A stretch of 64,000 bases of DNA, from NCBI RefSeq assembly GCF_018350175.1, contig NC_058368.1, forward strand, positions 146,074,001-146,138,000, written 5' to 3'. The notes below the pieces were generated by a model. The model saw only the letters and a list, made by a program, of their open reading frames with translations, was not told the DNA's origin and did no database searches. Each line of letters begins with the position of its first letter. The first letter of the stretch is position 1. This DNA comes from Felis catus. Taxonomy: Eukaryota. Positions 1 through 12,418 of the stretch are shown in pieces. Position numbers and translations under genes: made by a program.

Positions 1-85
1 TTGGTTGGTAGTTAATCTTCACGTGCAGTATAGTGTGCTCTAGGAATCTCTGGCTGTTGGCTCTGGGAGGGTGATTTACAGCCCT

Positions 86-225
86 GCTACCCAGTGTGGT
101 GTGGGGACCAGCAACACGGGCATCTGTGGTTGTTTGTCAAACGTGTGGATCTCAGGCTCTAGTCGGCTTTTGAGCAGGATCTCCAGATAATTTGTGCACA
201 CGTGTAAGCTGGAGAAGTGCTCTTC
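86..225. mobile_element. MER5-like hAT-Charlie MITE, degraded and internally deleted
   Basis: Ends resemble MER5A: gctacccagtgtggt..ggaccagca and tgcacacgtgtaagctggagaagtgct. Confidence 0.45.
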
Positions 226-2689
226 TCAGTGGTGATCTGACTGGCTTCTTCTTGCACTCCTGTTTCTAACATGACTTTAGTTTCCGGGACGAATTTTCTT
301 TTTGTTTGTTTGTTTAAAATGATTATAACCCCACTGACAATATTTTTTTATTTCTGTAGACTTTCTCACTATAGGTGGTAACACAAAACCAAAAATATTT
401 ACAATCCTTGAATTGACTTTCTCCATCAAGTTAATTAGATCAGTGCAGTCTCATATAAATGCAGGTACCTGAAGTCTGTCGTTAGAAACTGACCGTCTCT
501 AAGATGAAACCTCATTATCGCCTCAGAGCTCATCCCAAACATGTCTGTTAATAGGTGTTAAGGTTATAAAAGCCAAAGGTTAAAAGTGAGTCAAGGAAAG
601 AATGTCTTCAGGAAGGAGGAGCACTTTAGAATATTCTACCAATTCCCCTTTTGGTCCATGGAGACTTCATAGGTATTTTCAAGACAGATGGATCTGTCTG
701 TTGGAATCTTTGCACAATAATTCTCCTTTCTTCCTTCCTTGAGTCTAGTTCAGCAGTTCACAAACTAGTGTGCTGAACAGTTGCTGTATAGCAATGGTTT
801 GCAGCCAAATGCACCCTGCCCTCAATGGCCTAATGAGGGTATTTAAGGGTAGTTTTGGCTGCTTGAAATTTTTAACGTCTATGGTCATTTAAAACTGAAT
901 CTCTCTATATAATTGGACTTTTTTTCCCAACATAAATAGCTGAAGCTCCTGAGTGTTTGTATCACATAATTAAATATTTAGGATTACTAGCTTATTTTGG
1001 CATCAATTTTGCCAATTTTTAAAACTGCACATGTTATATAGGTAAAATCACTGATAATGCAGGAAAAAAAACCACTCCGATATTAATACTCGATTATTTA
1101 GGTGGGATATAAAAAGAACATAACAAATTAAAAATGGGAAAATTGAGTCTGATATTCACCAGATAAAGTGCTATTCTTCTGTAAATAACGTCACCATAGC
1201 TATACAATGATAATTATGATTTAATTGCTGCATACTGTATTTTAGCATTATATTAACTTTGTGTGTTCCTAATTATTCTTTCAAGAATATGCATCGAAGA
1301 ATATATGCGGAATTCCATGTATACTATTTGCATTTATTAAAGACTCACTGCCTCATGGGGAGATGTGGGGATAGGTAGGAGTTTACCTTTGTGCTATTCC
1401 TGGATTGTACTATGTAAGGAGTAGAGAGCTGAACATCAAAGAGTGTGTGATTGTCTCAGAATAGTAGAGACAAGTCAAGTCGGTGCTCATGAGTTTGTAG
1501 AAATGTTAGCTATTTTGCAATATGAACCTTTTTGTTAATTTGGGTTTAAGGCTAACTAAGCATTGTGTAAATACATTGACGTGAGATTGCTGACAGAGTA
1601 GAAATGTTTTGTTTTCTGAAAATACCACAGACTGTTTCTGAAACATTGAGACCTTGGCATGGACCAAGTGTATTTTCCAAGCACCTTTCCCCTATTTAAA
1701 TATGAATACATATAGTCCACATGTTTCTGATTCATTTGCAACTAATTTATCAAAATTGGCAAGACCTATTTGCTAACCACAAGGTCTAAGGAGCCAGTTT
1801 TTTTAAAAAAGGGAAAAAAAAAGAAAGAAAGCCTTTTTTAAGTCTTCCTTTTGGGTCACTCAATTAATCAAGAGGGTATTCAGACTCTGATTATGAGAGT
1901 TTATTAAAAACTGAGGAGCCATTCAGTGTTTCCTTTCACTTGATTTTTTTTCTATTGATCTCCTTTGCCATTCTGAGAGGCTCCCTCTCCGCCTTTGTTT
2001 GCCTTACTCCCAAGATAGGTGGGACACGATCCTCAATAATATTAGAAATGAGAAATTCCAAAAATATGTATTATGAATATTAATGTTTCCATTCCCCATG
2101 GTTCTTATTTTCAAAAAGAAAAAAGTTATTAGAAGTCAACGGTATAATAAATTTAAATTCACATTTACTTTGAGTTTCTTTCATATTTAACTGATGGTGT
2201 ATTTCAGTGCAAATGTTCTCTGCTTAAACTTTCTCTACCCCATGTAGAGGTTGAGTGTGCATATTAGCAATCAATTAAGTAGTTGAATTTCTCCACATCA
2301 ATCTATTAGTCAGTTAACAAATATTTCTCATATTATTCAGTCTCTCAAATGTGCCAAATCATAGGATTTGCCTGGGCACTTACTTAACCTACAGAATCCC
2401 AGGTCCTGGCTCTGGAATTGTATGTTTAACCAACGCCTCCCAATGAGGGTCAAAAACTATGGGGATGCCAAGGGGCACATAATGGAAGAGGAAAATGCAT
2501 AGGAAATTACAACACATGATCAGGGAGGCAAAGAGGAGGAAGTGGAGTCAAAGAAACAAAAGAGAATTCCAAGGATGAGGGAAAGGCTATTAAGGAAGCA
2601 CTGAGAGGATGATGTGCCCCTCCCTACTCCCTCCTAATGGCTGGCCACTTTGGCTAAATTTTATCAACTGATCATGTCAAATGCTGGCA

Positions 2690-2910
2690 GTCTGGTGGTG
2701 GAAAGATGCAAGAGCATGTTGCCTCAGCCTAGTCTCAGATCAGGCTTCTACTTATTATGAAACGATCAGCAAGTCATTTAGCCTCTCAGAACCATAGTGT
2801 TGCCATCTACAAGAGCAGGATAGTTATTTCTAGCCACATCTTCTCCTTCACAGGGTTGTTGTGAGTTTTGGGGGAAATCATGTGGTTACTAAAATGCTGT
2901 ATATGCAAAG
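2690..2910 (+). mobile_element. MIR SINE
   Basis: Core-like gcaagtcatttagcctctcag..catcta..cttcacagggttgttgtgag. Confidence 0.6.
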
Positions 2911-3934
2911 TAGGAATGTTTTAAAACTATCCTGCTAAGCTGCAGACCTTAACTGAGAAGAGTTTGTTATCATCCATAATCACATTTATGAATGATTAAT
3001 TCTTATCAGCTTCCTCCCAGAGGGGAGACATATGCTTGAATGATCACAGGAAATGTCCATGGCAAGAAATACAAAGGTGGGCATCAGAAAGATACCAAGA
3101 AGAGGGATGACAACAAAGGACAAGAGACGTTGAAGAGGACACTTGTGCTGGGCCAGATTTACTGGGAATAGAAAGGGCCTTGAATTCACACCATTCCAAA
3201 GTGTCTGCAATTTGGTGAAAGGAGAGGTGGTCCTTTGAACTCAAGTTTTAAAGAAATTACATTTAAAAGACCCATGCAACAAAATAGGCCCTTTAAAGAA
3301 GAAATAATAGTTTAACTGTTGGCACAATTACAAGCAGGTTTCTTAGTATTAAATATACATTCTGGAAATAAAAAGGACATTTCATAAAAACTTCCTCTCT
3401 AGCCAAGTAACGAAGAAGCAAGTGACACAGCTCTCAGCCCTTTGGATGACAGAATTACTGAACCCAGGGAGGAGAAATATTTCTTACTCTGGGACCTCTA
3501 AAGTTACTGGTAACATGACTATGAAAAATGTGTCAAATAAACAAAAGCACCAACATCAGAGACCACAAGTTGCTGATTTCCCCATGAAAATATCAAATAT
3601 TTTACACTTAGTTAGCCAAATGCTCAAATTATGTAAGGAGAGTGTGTTTTAACATTTTTTCATTTCTCTTGCTCTGCATTTATTATTAATCGATTACAAA
3701 GAAAACAAAGGGGATAGGTAGGACAAAATACAGACAAGATGTCTTGGTGGTCAAACTGGTTCTGATTAAGGCAGCTGCTACTAAGGAATTTCCCAGAAAG
3801 GGATTTAAGTCTTCCAGCCCTGGTTATAAGGAGCAGAATGAATTACTGATGTAGAAATAAGGGAAATACAGAAAAGAAGAATAGGGAGATGCTCTGCCAA
3901 GTGAAGGATTCTAAAGAAAGCCAAGTTTTCTTCA

Positions 3935-4110
3935 ATTAATTTATTCATTCATAAAATGAATCCACACAATTATTAATTGTGTCAGTGCTGAGGAGAAAGC
4001 AGGAAGGCATTGGACAGGGTCCTTGCTCTTATGAAGTTCACAGTCTAGTTGGGAAGACTCACATCAAACAAGTAATTAAACAAAGTACCACATGACTATT
4101 TGGATAGACA
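3935..4110 (-). mobile_element. L2 3' fragment
   Basis: ttattcattcat tail and ggtccttgctcttatgaagttcacagtctagttggg, typical of the antisense L2 3' end. Confidence 0.55.
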
Positions 4111-4971
4111 ATGGGGTGTTGGAAAGAGATAAATGGAAACTCAGTTGAGGTTATGGATGCTACGATAGTATCTTCAGGCTCTCTTTTCCCTCAGATTGCT
4201 ATTTGCCTCAAACAGTGTGATTCTGTTCCAGCCTTCTTTTGATTTTAACAAAAAATTTGGAAGGTATGGCTTGCATGCCAGAAGTTGAAGAAAATCCTTG
4301 TCTCAGCATAGAATCAAGGGCTAGTTTTGATGACAGCCAAAGTTAATCTGTCAAACTAATGACACCCGTAAGCTATACTGTGCTTCATTGTAATTAACCT
4401 TAAATGGTTCAGGTAAGTCACTTTAATTTGTATTATGTTCACTGAACCAAGCTACCTTATTTGTTGTTGTTTTTTTTTGCTTTTGCTTTTCCTTTTAGTT
4501 TAATCTGGTTTATTATTGACATCATAGTTTATCCTAGGAAGCCATCAGTGTTTCTCTTATTTGCTACTGTCTGAAATTCTTTCAATAATGGCAAGAAAAA
4601 GGAGTGGTGTCTTGTATCCCACCATGAAAGTTGGAATGAATGTAGCTAAAGAATCAGATCTCTGTTTGCATGGGCTCTTTCCAAGCACTGTTTTGTATTT
4701 CTTATTTTGTATTCTTTTTTCTTGAAGAGGGCCCCCAATTTCTGGATGTACCTTCAAATGAAATTCAAATTAAAAAATGTATATACCCTGGAAAATAAAA
4801 AAAATGCTAACTGAAATATATTCTTATCGTATCAGCTGTACCTCACAGTGGAAGACATATTTGCAGGATTGTCCAGGGAGGGAGGAACAGGTACAAAAAT
4901 AAATATAACTGGCTTTTTCTAGGCTTGCTTGGGATACTGTCCAAATATTCAATAATAACCCAACAAAATTA

Positions 4972-5095
4972 GGGTGCCTGGGTGGCTCAGTCAATTGAGT
5001 GGTCAACTCTTGATTTCAGCTCAGTTCATGATCCCAGGGTTGTGGGATCAAGCCCCACGTGGGGCTCTGTGCCGAGCATGGAGCCTGCTTAAGGT

Positions 5096-5128
<33 letters not shown>

Positions 5129-5197
5129 GTCCCTCTCCTCTCTCATGTGTGCTCTCTCTCTCTTTCTCTAATTTTTTTTAAATTGTAAAAAAAAAAT
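4972..5197 (+). mobile_element. Can-SINE (SINEC), older subfamily
   Basis: gggtgcctgggtggctcagtc tRNA-derived head, (CT)n tract, A-rich tail. Confidence 0.92.
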
Positions 5198-5204
5198 TAT
5201 AATC

Positions 5205-5460
5205 TAACAAATGTTTATTGTGTGCTCACTATGTGCCAGACAGTATTCTAGAAAAGTAAGATATATCAAGAAATAAACAACCAAAAATGCCCAACTTGTG
5301 GAGCTTCCTTTCTAGCAAAGGAAGGCAGACAAACACTAAACATAATAAGTAAATATTTATTACATTAGAAGGTAATAAATACAATAGGGAGGAAAGGTAA
5401 AGCAGGATAAGGGTAATTGAGTGTGGGGTGAGAATAAAAGGTACACACTGCTAGAACAAG
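5205..5460 (-). mobile_element. L2 3' end
   Basis: aacaaatgtttattgtgtgctcactatgtgccagacag..tggagcttcctttctag. Confidence 0.65.
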
Positions 5461-5499
5461 ACTGCTTTGTTCTGTAGCTCTGGTAAAAAGACAATTTTC

Positions 5500-5696
5500 C
5501 TTTTTTTAAATTTTTAAAAAAATTTTTATTTACCTTTGAGAGACAGAGAGAGAGCGTGAGCAGGGAAGGGGCAGAGAGAGAGGGAGACACGGCATCTGAA
5601 GCTCTCAGCACAGAACCCAGTGCTGGGCTCAAACCTAGGAACGTGTCGACCTGGGCTGAAGTTGACACTTAACCAACTGAGCCACCCAGGCGCCCC
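5500..5696 (-). mobile_element. Can-SINE with small internal deletions
   Basis: Ends in gagccacccaggcgcccc; target-site duplication (TSD) aaaagacaattttc on both sides. Confidence 0.92.
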
Positions 5697-6064
5697 CTGA
5701 AAAGACAATTTTCAATGAATCAGTACAACTCACCTCTGTGAACATGCTTTTTTACAAGCCAACCATAGTGTCAATCCCTTGCTTTTTAAAAGTCAGCCAA
5801 TCAGGAAGGATCTCATTTAAAAATAAAAGCAAACATACCTCTGAGTGCCAGCCCACCAATCAACAGCAGTCTCATGGAGCAACTTTACTTCTCCTGATGA
5901 AATTTGTGCCTATGCATCTTGCCAATCCCTGAACTTCATGCTTCTCAAAACTTTGTATAAGACTAATGTGACAGTCAGCCCTCTGCTCTGTTTGGAAAGA
6001 GTATGTGAGGTGCACAGCTCTCTCTTACCACAATAAGCAAAACCATTGAGCTCTGTCTTTTTAT

Positions 6065-6365
6065 TTCTCAGATGCTAAAGAACTGAGTGGTGGACGATTG
6101 GATAAAACAGATTCCTTTGAGAGGATGACATTTGAGCAGATATGAGGAAAACTGGAGACAGCCAAGCAAATATCTGGCGAGAGAAAGTTCTAAGAAGAGA
6201 CAACAGTTAATGAGAGGGCCCTTATGTGGGAACATGTCTGATATGCTCAGGAACAGAAAAGAAGACAGTGGAGTTGGACAAGAGTGAACAAGAGGTAGAA
6301 CAGAGGGATGAGAGCAGGGAAACCAAAGAGGACACATCACCTATGGCCCAGAAGCCACCAAAAAG
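6065..6365 (-). mobile_element. L2 fragment, continues at ~8021-8250 after an L1 insertion
   Basis: gaggatgacatttgagcaga and atgctcaggaacagaaaagaagacagtggagttgga L2-like motifs. Confidence 0.6.
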
Positions 6366-6370
6366 ACTAT

Positions 6371-8020
6371 GGATTTCCAGTTCAGACAAGATGCCATAGA
6401 CTGGCCTCTCCCTGCTCCTCTTCACTAGGTACAACTTTGAGCTTTAGAAGTGATGCAAGAGACAAAATCAAAGAAATCCAAAAGGTGAGAAGAGGAAGGC
6501 AAACTGGGGTGGGATCTTGGGACTGGAGGAGCAACAAAACAGGTATCTTACAACCCTCCCCCCAAAAGAAGAAAGTGGCCCAGGTCTACTATTTTCTGAC
6601 TCCCAATCTAGTGACCAAGAGCATCCAAGTAGACTCATCTCCAATCTGGATTAAACAGAGGTCTCACAAGCAAAGTCAGGTATGCATGGTCTAACTGACA
6701 AGAGGGATGCATCAGAAGTCTTGCAGAGATTAAATGGCCAAGGCAGGCATTCTCCTTCCCTGCCAGACCTGAGACTCTTTGCTCTCACCCACAGAAACCT
6801 GGTAGCCTGGGGCACCAATAAGAGGGACCATGTCACAGGTAGCCCCCGCTTTGGAAGGTTTTGTTTTGACTCTAAAGTTCCCTTCACCTGCCTGGAGATA
6901 CCACTTGCCTGAGGGTGTCAGGAAGAGGGATCATGCCACAAAAATACCTCTGGTCAAAGGAGTTCTCTCCTTCCCTGTAGGACTTGAGACACCAGCAAGA
7001 GAGATCCCACACAACAAGCACCTGGCCCAGGAAGTTGTCTTCGTCCTACCTGACAAAGATCTATTCCCTACCTAGAGGTGCCAGGAAGACCAGCAGAGGT
7101 CAAGCCTCCCTTGACCTCTCAAGCAGCGTTTGCAGGGACCAGTAGGAGCCCCAGTGTCACAAGATAAACAAAGCAGACCAAAATAGTGCTGTGATTGCCA
7201 TTGAAACCATAGTCCATGAAAGTATATGGGAACCTGGATACTAAACCTAAACAGGATGACTGCCTGCAAAAATAAAAAAATGTAAATAGGACCTGGAGTC
7301 TCCTAACATAATAGCCAAAATGTTCAGAACATGTTCAAAAATTACCAAGAACCATGAAAATCACACTTGAATGAGAAGACAGTTCACTGACACCAATACC
7401 AAGATGAATCAGATGTCGGGATTATCTGACAATTATTTTAAAGCAACTAAGATAAAATGATTCAACAAATAATTACAAATTATCTTAAAACAAATGAAAA
7501 AAATAGAAAATTTCAGCAAAGAGATAGAGGTCATAAAACAATCAAAATGGAAATTACTTAACTGAAAAATACCACAGCAAACAGGGAACAAATAAGACAG
7601 TAGTAGAAACAAAATGACAGTAATCTGAATACTTTATCTGAATTTATCTGAAATATAAATATTCTAAACTCAAAAGGAATCGATCTAGCAGGAAGACATA
7701 ACCATCCTAAATGTGTATGGACCAAACAACATTAAGCAAAAGCTGAAGCGAAAAGAGCAACAGGCAAATCCACAATTGTAGTTGGGACCTCAACACCTCT
7801 TCTCAGCAAGTGAACTACTAGACAGGAACTCAGCAAGAACATAGAAGGTCAGAACAATACAACCAGCCCACAGGATATACAGAGTGCTCTATATATGAAT
7901 ACTCCATCCAATAGTAGCAGAGCAAATAATTTTTTCACATACCCATGGATATTTAACAAGATAAACCATCTCCTGGACATAACACAAAGCTCAACAAATC
8001 TTAAAAAAAAAAAAAAAAAA
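6371..8020 (+). mobile_element. Old L1 (L1M-type): 5' end, ORF1 N-terminal relic, ORF2 endonuclease relic, ending in A18
   Basis: Start ggatttccagttcagacaagatg resembles an L1 5' terminus; aat gtg tat gga cca aac (NVYGPN, cf. endonuclease NIYAPN) at ~7709; degraded GDFNT and KIDH motifs; A-run 8003-8020. Confidence 0.75.
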
Positions 8021-8889
8021 GACATTTAGCTTTTTCTGTGAATGAAGTGGGACTCCTTGCAGGTTGTTAAACTAGAGGGCCCAGTAAGACAGTTCTGGCT
8101 ACTGTTTCCTCTTGAGGCCAAAGGCAGAGGCTGTCATACAAGTTGGGAGGCTGTTGCCATATTCTGGGCAAGAGATGGTGGTGGGTTTGGATCAGGGTGT
8201 TGTTAGCTTTGAAGGCAGTAAGTGTAGTCCAATTCTGGGCACACTCAAGAAAGTATAAAAATACTTTAATATTGCTATCATTTGAAATAATATTCATGGC
8301 AAATAATAACAGAATACTTATCTGAAAAGAACAACATTATTATCTCTTATGTGACACAACTTGCCTTACTTTTTCCTAAATATTAATTAACAAGCTTTGC
8401 ACCTCAAGATGTTTGTAAAGAGTAATTGCTTCACATTTAATTTCTGTGAATTCAATTATCTTGTCTTGGCAAAAAGAGACAAGGAGAAGTTGGTGAAAGA
8501 GGAGGAAACAAATACATTGGGTTACAGTTCTTGCCCGCCTTTTCACTGACCAACCCCGGGATGAGGAAGGAGTCTGTTTTGGCCTAGATCAGTTCCTAAG
8601 TGCTTCTAAGATGAGGCGAATGTTTAACATGGACTTTTGATATAACACAATCCCTATATGCAGACCTGCTACACTGCTTGATGTTCAGTCAGAAAAACAG
8701 CAATCTATTCCAAAACTGGTAGAAAAAATGACAGCGCTAGACATATTGACAGGTGGGCTCTGGTTCTCCAAAAAGGTAACTTCCTAAGGATTTTCAAGAA
8801 AGTTTTTATTATATTTAAATGTAACTTTACTTACTGATTTTCAAAACTAATCACCAAGTAATATGCAATTCCATTCATATTGGACATAG

Positions 8890-9150
8890 TACTACTTAAC
8901 ACTCTATTACAGGTAATATTAAATACATTAATTTATTTAATCCCCATAATAACTTTATAAAGTTATATACATATAAATTCATACATGCATACATATATAT
9001 CCTGTGTAGTTTTCATTTTACTCATAAGAAACTGAGGAACAGATAGTTTAGGAACTTTTCAGTATTACGCATTTGTTACTCAGTAGAACTTGGGTTTCAA
9101 TCAAACCCAGGTGATCTGGCTCTAAAGTTTGAACTTCCACATGACTAGGA
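8890..9150 (-). mobile_element. MIR SINE
   Basis: cattttactcataagaaactgaggaacaga core; tcaaacccaggtgatctggctctaaag. Confidence 0.65.
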
Positions 9151-9509
9151 TATGCTACACTATGAATGCTTTTATGACTAAGTGTCGACTTTTGCAATAT
9201 CAAAAAAATGCTTGCTTTCTTCAAAGCAAAGGAAAAGTGTCTTAATCTTCTATGAGTCAATACGAACTCACTGAATTCACCATATTGCCGGAAAATTGGT
9301 TAAGTGTTATGAGATTCAAAACAACTGTTAAATGTACAGACCTCTGATGTTGAGAAAAATATAGCAGTCTTGAGGACAGTAAACACACTTTCTGTGGCCT
9401 CTACAGGTATACAAAGGTAGCACTTCTGGGAATTAATGGTCTGCTGAGTCACCATCCTCCATGGGCCTCCCCCACCTGCCCCATCCATCTTGCGCCTCCA
9501 GAATGTGAG

Positions 9510-9630
9510 CATCTGAATGGGTGGAATTCTTCTGTCTTACTCAGGATAAGATCCTAGGTGCCAAGTACAGTGCCTGACACCTAATAGATTCTAAAAAAAT
9601 TGTTGAATGAAGTAATAAAATAAATGAAAA
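9510..9630 (+). mobile_element. L2 3' end
   Basis: acagtgcctgacacctaatag..ttgttgaatgaa. Confidence 0.6.
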
Positions 9631-10804
9631 AAAACCAATAAAATTGTGATTTAGATGGCAATTGACTTTTTGTTTATATATGAGTCAAATATGCAACCAC
9701 ACATTATTCAGTAACCTTGAAGCTGCTGTTTTTCATGTTTACAGAACCCCAGGTAATTCTGCTCTCCTGAAAATACCCATTAGGGGCCTTACACAAAATC
9801 TTGAAATGTTTGTCCCTAAGGGTAGTCAAAGTTAGGTGACCTATGGCAATTTTGGGAAGCAGAAGTGCTATTAAAACTAGTAGAAAGTGGTCACTCACTT
9901 TTATGCATATGGTAAATTTGCTATCTTTATTGTTGCCTTCATACTAAGAGAAAGTCTGCGTTTTTAGACTAAAGAGTGGAGATAATGACATGGTAACAGA
10001 GAGGCCAAATGCTTTGCGGACTTCTAATGATTAGCAGTAAAGACAGTTAAAGTTCAAGGGTGCTCCCTCTGAGGCAGAGTTTTCCCCTCAGGGCGATCTT
10101 TGCTTTTTTGTGAAACCAAACTAGCTAATTGGTATCCTCCTCTGAAAATGCCCATACTGGGTCCCTGGAGCCCAATAAGTATCTAGGGCCCCAAGCCATC
10201 TAGCAATAATGGGGACAAGAAAAGAATAAATTATCATTAAAGAATCATTGTCCTCCAAAGCTGGCAGTTTTGGCAATTGAAAACATCAAAATGTGCTAGG
10301 TCATTTAATAATTCACTTCCTGAAGTGCAATCAAATTCTAATTGAAATGTATGTTCTAATTAGCCCTATGCGGGAAACTTAAAATAGAACCACACTTCTA
10401 AAGGTATCTCGTTGAGAACTGCTAGCTTTAGTTTTATTGAACAGCTTTTCCTTCATCTTCATAACTTTGTAGTTCATATAGATTTTATAAAGATAACTAT
10501 TCTTGTAAATCTGGTATAGGTTTTTTGTTTTTTCTCCCCCTAGGCTTTGTTCACTCTCAGAATTCAGACGCCTGACTCTGGAACAGAAAGTGAACATGCG
10601 TGCTTTGCAGATGATTCTTACTTATACATATGGCTGTTGTGTTGTACATTTAAACATTATATTTAATGCAGTGAATTCAGGTGCTTTCCATATGGGATTT
10701 TTTGTCTTCAACTCCTTGTGGGTTAGTTCCTCCTCTAGTATTCTATAACCTTGAGAGGTACACTAATGGGCCAAAGAATGATCACCTATCTGCTTCAAGT
10801 TGAA

Positions 10805-11180
10805 TATACTTAGGACTCTTTTGGCTATAAGCAACACAACCCAGCTTAAACTATTAGGGCAAATATTGCCTCATTATATGGAAAGTCCAGAGTCAGAGCA
10901 AATTCCAAGTTTGATCAGCAGCCCAATAATGTCACCAAAGCCCTAGGTTCTTTCTTTCTCTTCTCTCTGCCAAATTCAGTGTCAGCTTCATCTAAAGCTG
11001 GTTCCTCATGTAGTACCAAGCAGGTTGACAGTGTTAAGCATACTTTATCCTCCCTACTCTTGTCCAGTAGGAGAGGAAAAGAGAGAAAGCTTGCCTACAG
11101 GCAAGGTTTTTGCTCTCAGCCTGGATGGGCCATCTTAGCCCCCGGACTAATTATAGTTGTCAAGTGAATGTGGTTGGCTT
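10805..11180 (-). mobile_element. MLT1-type MaLR LTR, degraded
   Basis: ttaggactcttttggctataagcaacacaacccagcttaaact resembles an MLT1J/K terminus. Confidence 0.5.
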
Positions 11181-11184
11181 CAGT

Positions 11185-11652
11185 GACTACTATGGTGGCC
11201 ACTAGCCACATATGGCTACTGAGCACTTGAAATGTGACTGGTCCTAGATGATATGTGCTATGAGTAAAAAGATACACTGGATTTTATTTTATTTTATTTT
11301 ATTTTATTTTATTTTATTTTATTTTTTTCAATATATGAAATTTATTGTCAAATTGGTTTCCATACAACACCCAGTGCTCATCCCAAAAGGTGCCCTCCTC
11401 AATATGGATTTTAAAGACTTAATATGAAATATATGAGATATATATGTATATGTATATATACATGTATATATATATAATTTCTACATTGATTATATATTTA
11501 CAATATAATATTTTTTATATATTGGACAAATAAAATATATAATTAAAATATATATTAAATTTTACCTGTTTCTTTTTACTTTTTTAAAAATATGACTGCC
11601 AAAAAATTTAAAATTACATGTATGGTCTTTGTATTTCTGTTGAACAGTGCTG
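11185..11652. mobile_element. MER33-like hAT-Charlie element, interrupted by a short L1
   Basis: gccactagccacatatggctactgagcacttgaaatgtg; tacctgtttctttttactttttt..aaaattacat..tgaacagtgctg. Confidence 0.8.
11287..11404 (-). mobile_element. Very short felid L1 3' end with (ATTTT)n tail
   Basis: Reverse complement of the same 3' end seen at ~48690-48742; TSD tggatttta at 11278 and 11405. Confidence 0.88.
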
Positions 11653-11954
11653 GCTAACTAAATAGGATTTCCTCTGGAGTGGGGAGTCAGGTACATACTT
11701 AAACAAAATTCAGTGTTTTCTTAGAAGTGGGAGAATTGGTGTTAGGTAGACAAAAATATGGTCTACTACATCTAGAGAACTATTTCTTTCATTACTCTCT
11801 TGTTATTTTTATTCCAATTTCCAATGGCTGGCTAGACAATGTAGAAAAGTTGGTATCTATACATGGGTTTCATTTAGGACAGGACAGTTTTCTCTAAGCA
11901 TTCCAAATTTATAGCCACCGTACTGTCCAGGAACTTCGAGATAGCAGAGATTTT

Positions 11955-12182
11955 TACTTTTTTTTCTAATGTTTATTTTATTTTTGAGAGAGAGAGAGAG
12001 AGAGAGAGTCAGAGCATGAGCGGGGGAGGGATAGAGGGAGAGGGAGACACAGAATCTGAAGCAGGTTCCAGGCTCTGAGCTGTCAGCACAGAGCCAAGCG
12101 CAGGGCTCAAATCCACCAACCACGAGATCATGACCTGAGCTGAAGTTGGACACTTAACTGATTGAGCCACCCAGGCATGCCA
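11955..12182 (-). mobile_element. Can-SINE
   Basis: Poly-T, (GA)n, gagccacccaggcatgcc end, flanked by agcagagattt repeats. Confidence 0.93.
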
Positions 12183-12197
12183 AGAGAGCAGAGATTT

Positions 12198-12418
12198 AAA
12201 AAAAAAATTTTTTTTCAACGTTTATTTATTTTTGGGACAGAGAGAGACAGAGCATGAACGGGGGAGGGGCAGAGAGAGAGGGAGACACAGAATCGGAAAC
12301 AGGCTCCAGGCTCCGAGCCATCAGCCCAGAGCCCGACGCGGGGCTCGAACTCACAGACCGCGAGATCGTGACCTGGCTGAAATCGGAGGCTTAACCGACT
12401 GCACCACCCAGGCGCCCC
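12198..12418 (-). mobile_element. Young felid Can-SINE (SINEC_Fc-like)
   Basis: CpGs intact; cgagatcgtgacctggctgaa variant; TSD gagagcagagattt. Confidence 0.95.

Noticed and set aside
1560..1790. Enhancer-like motif cluster (TGACGT, TTGGC, ATTTGCA)
   Set aside because: Short motifs only; cannot be distinguished from chance without conservation data.
9745..9752. 8-nt microexon (tttacag|AACCCCAG|gtaatt) with upstream TGC
   Set aside because: Not frame-preserving, no host gene identified, and such matches occur by chance in 64 kb.
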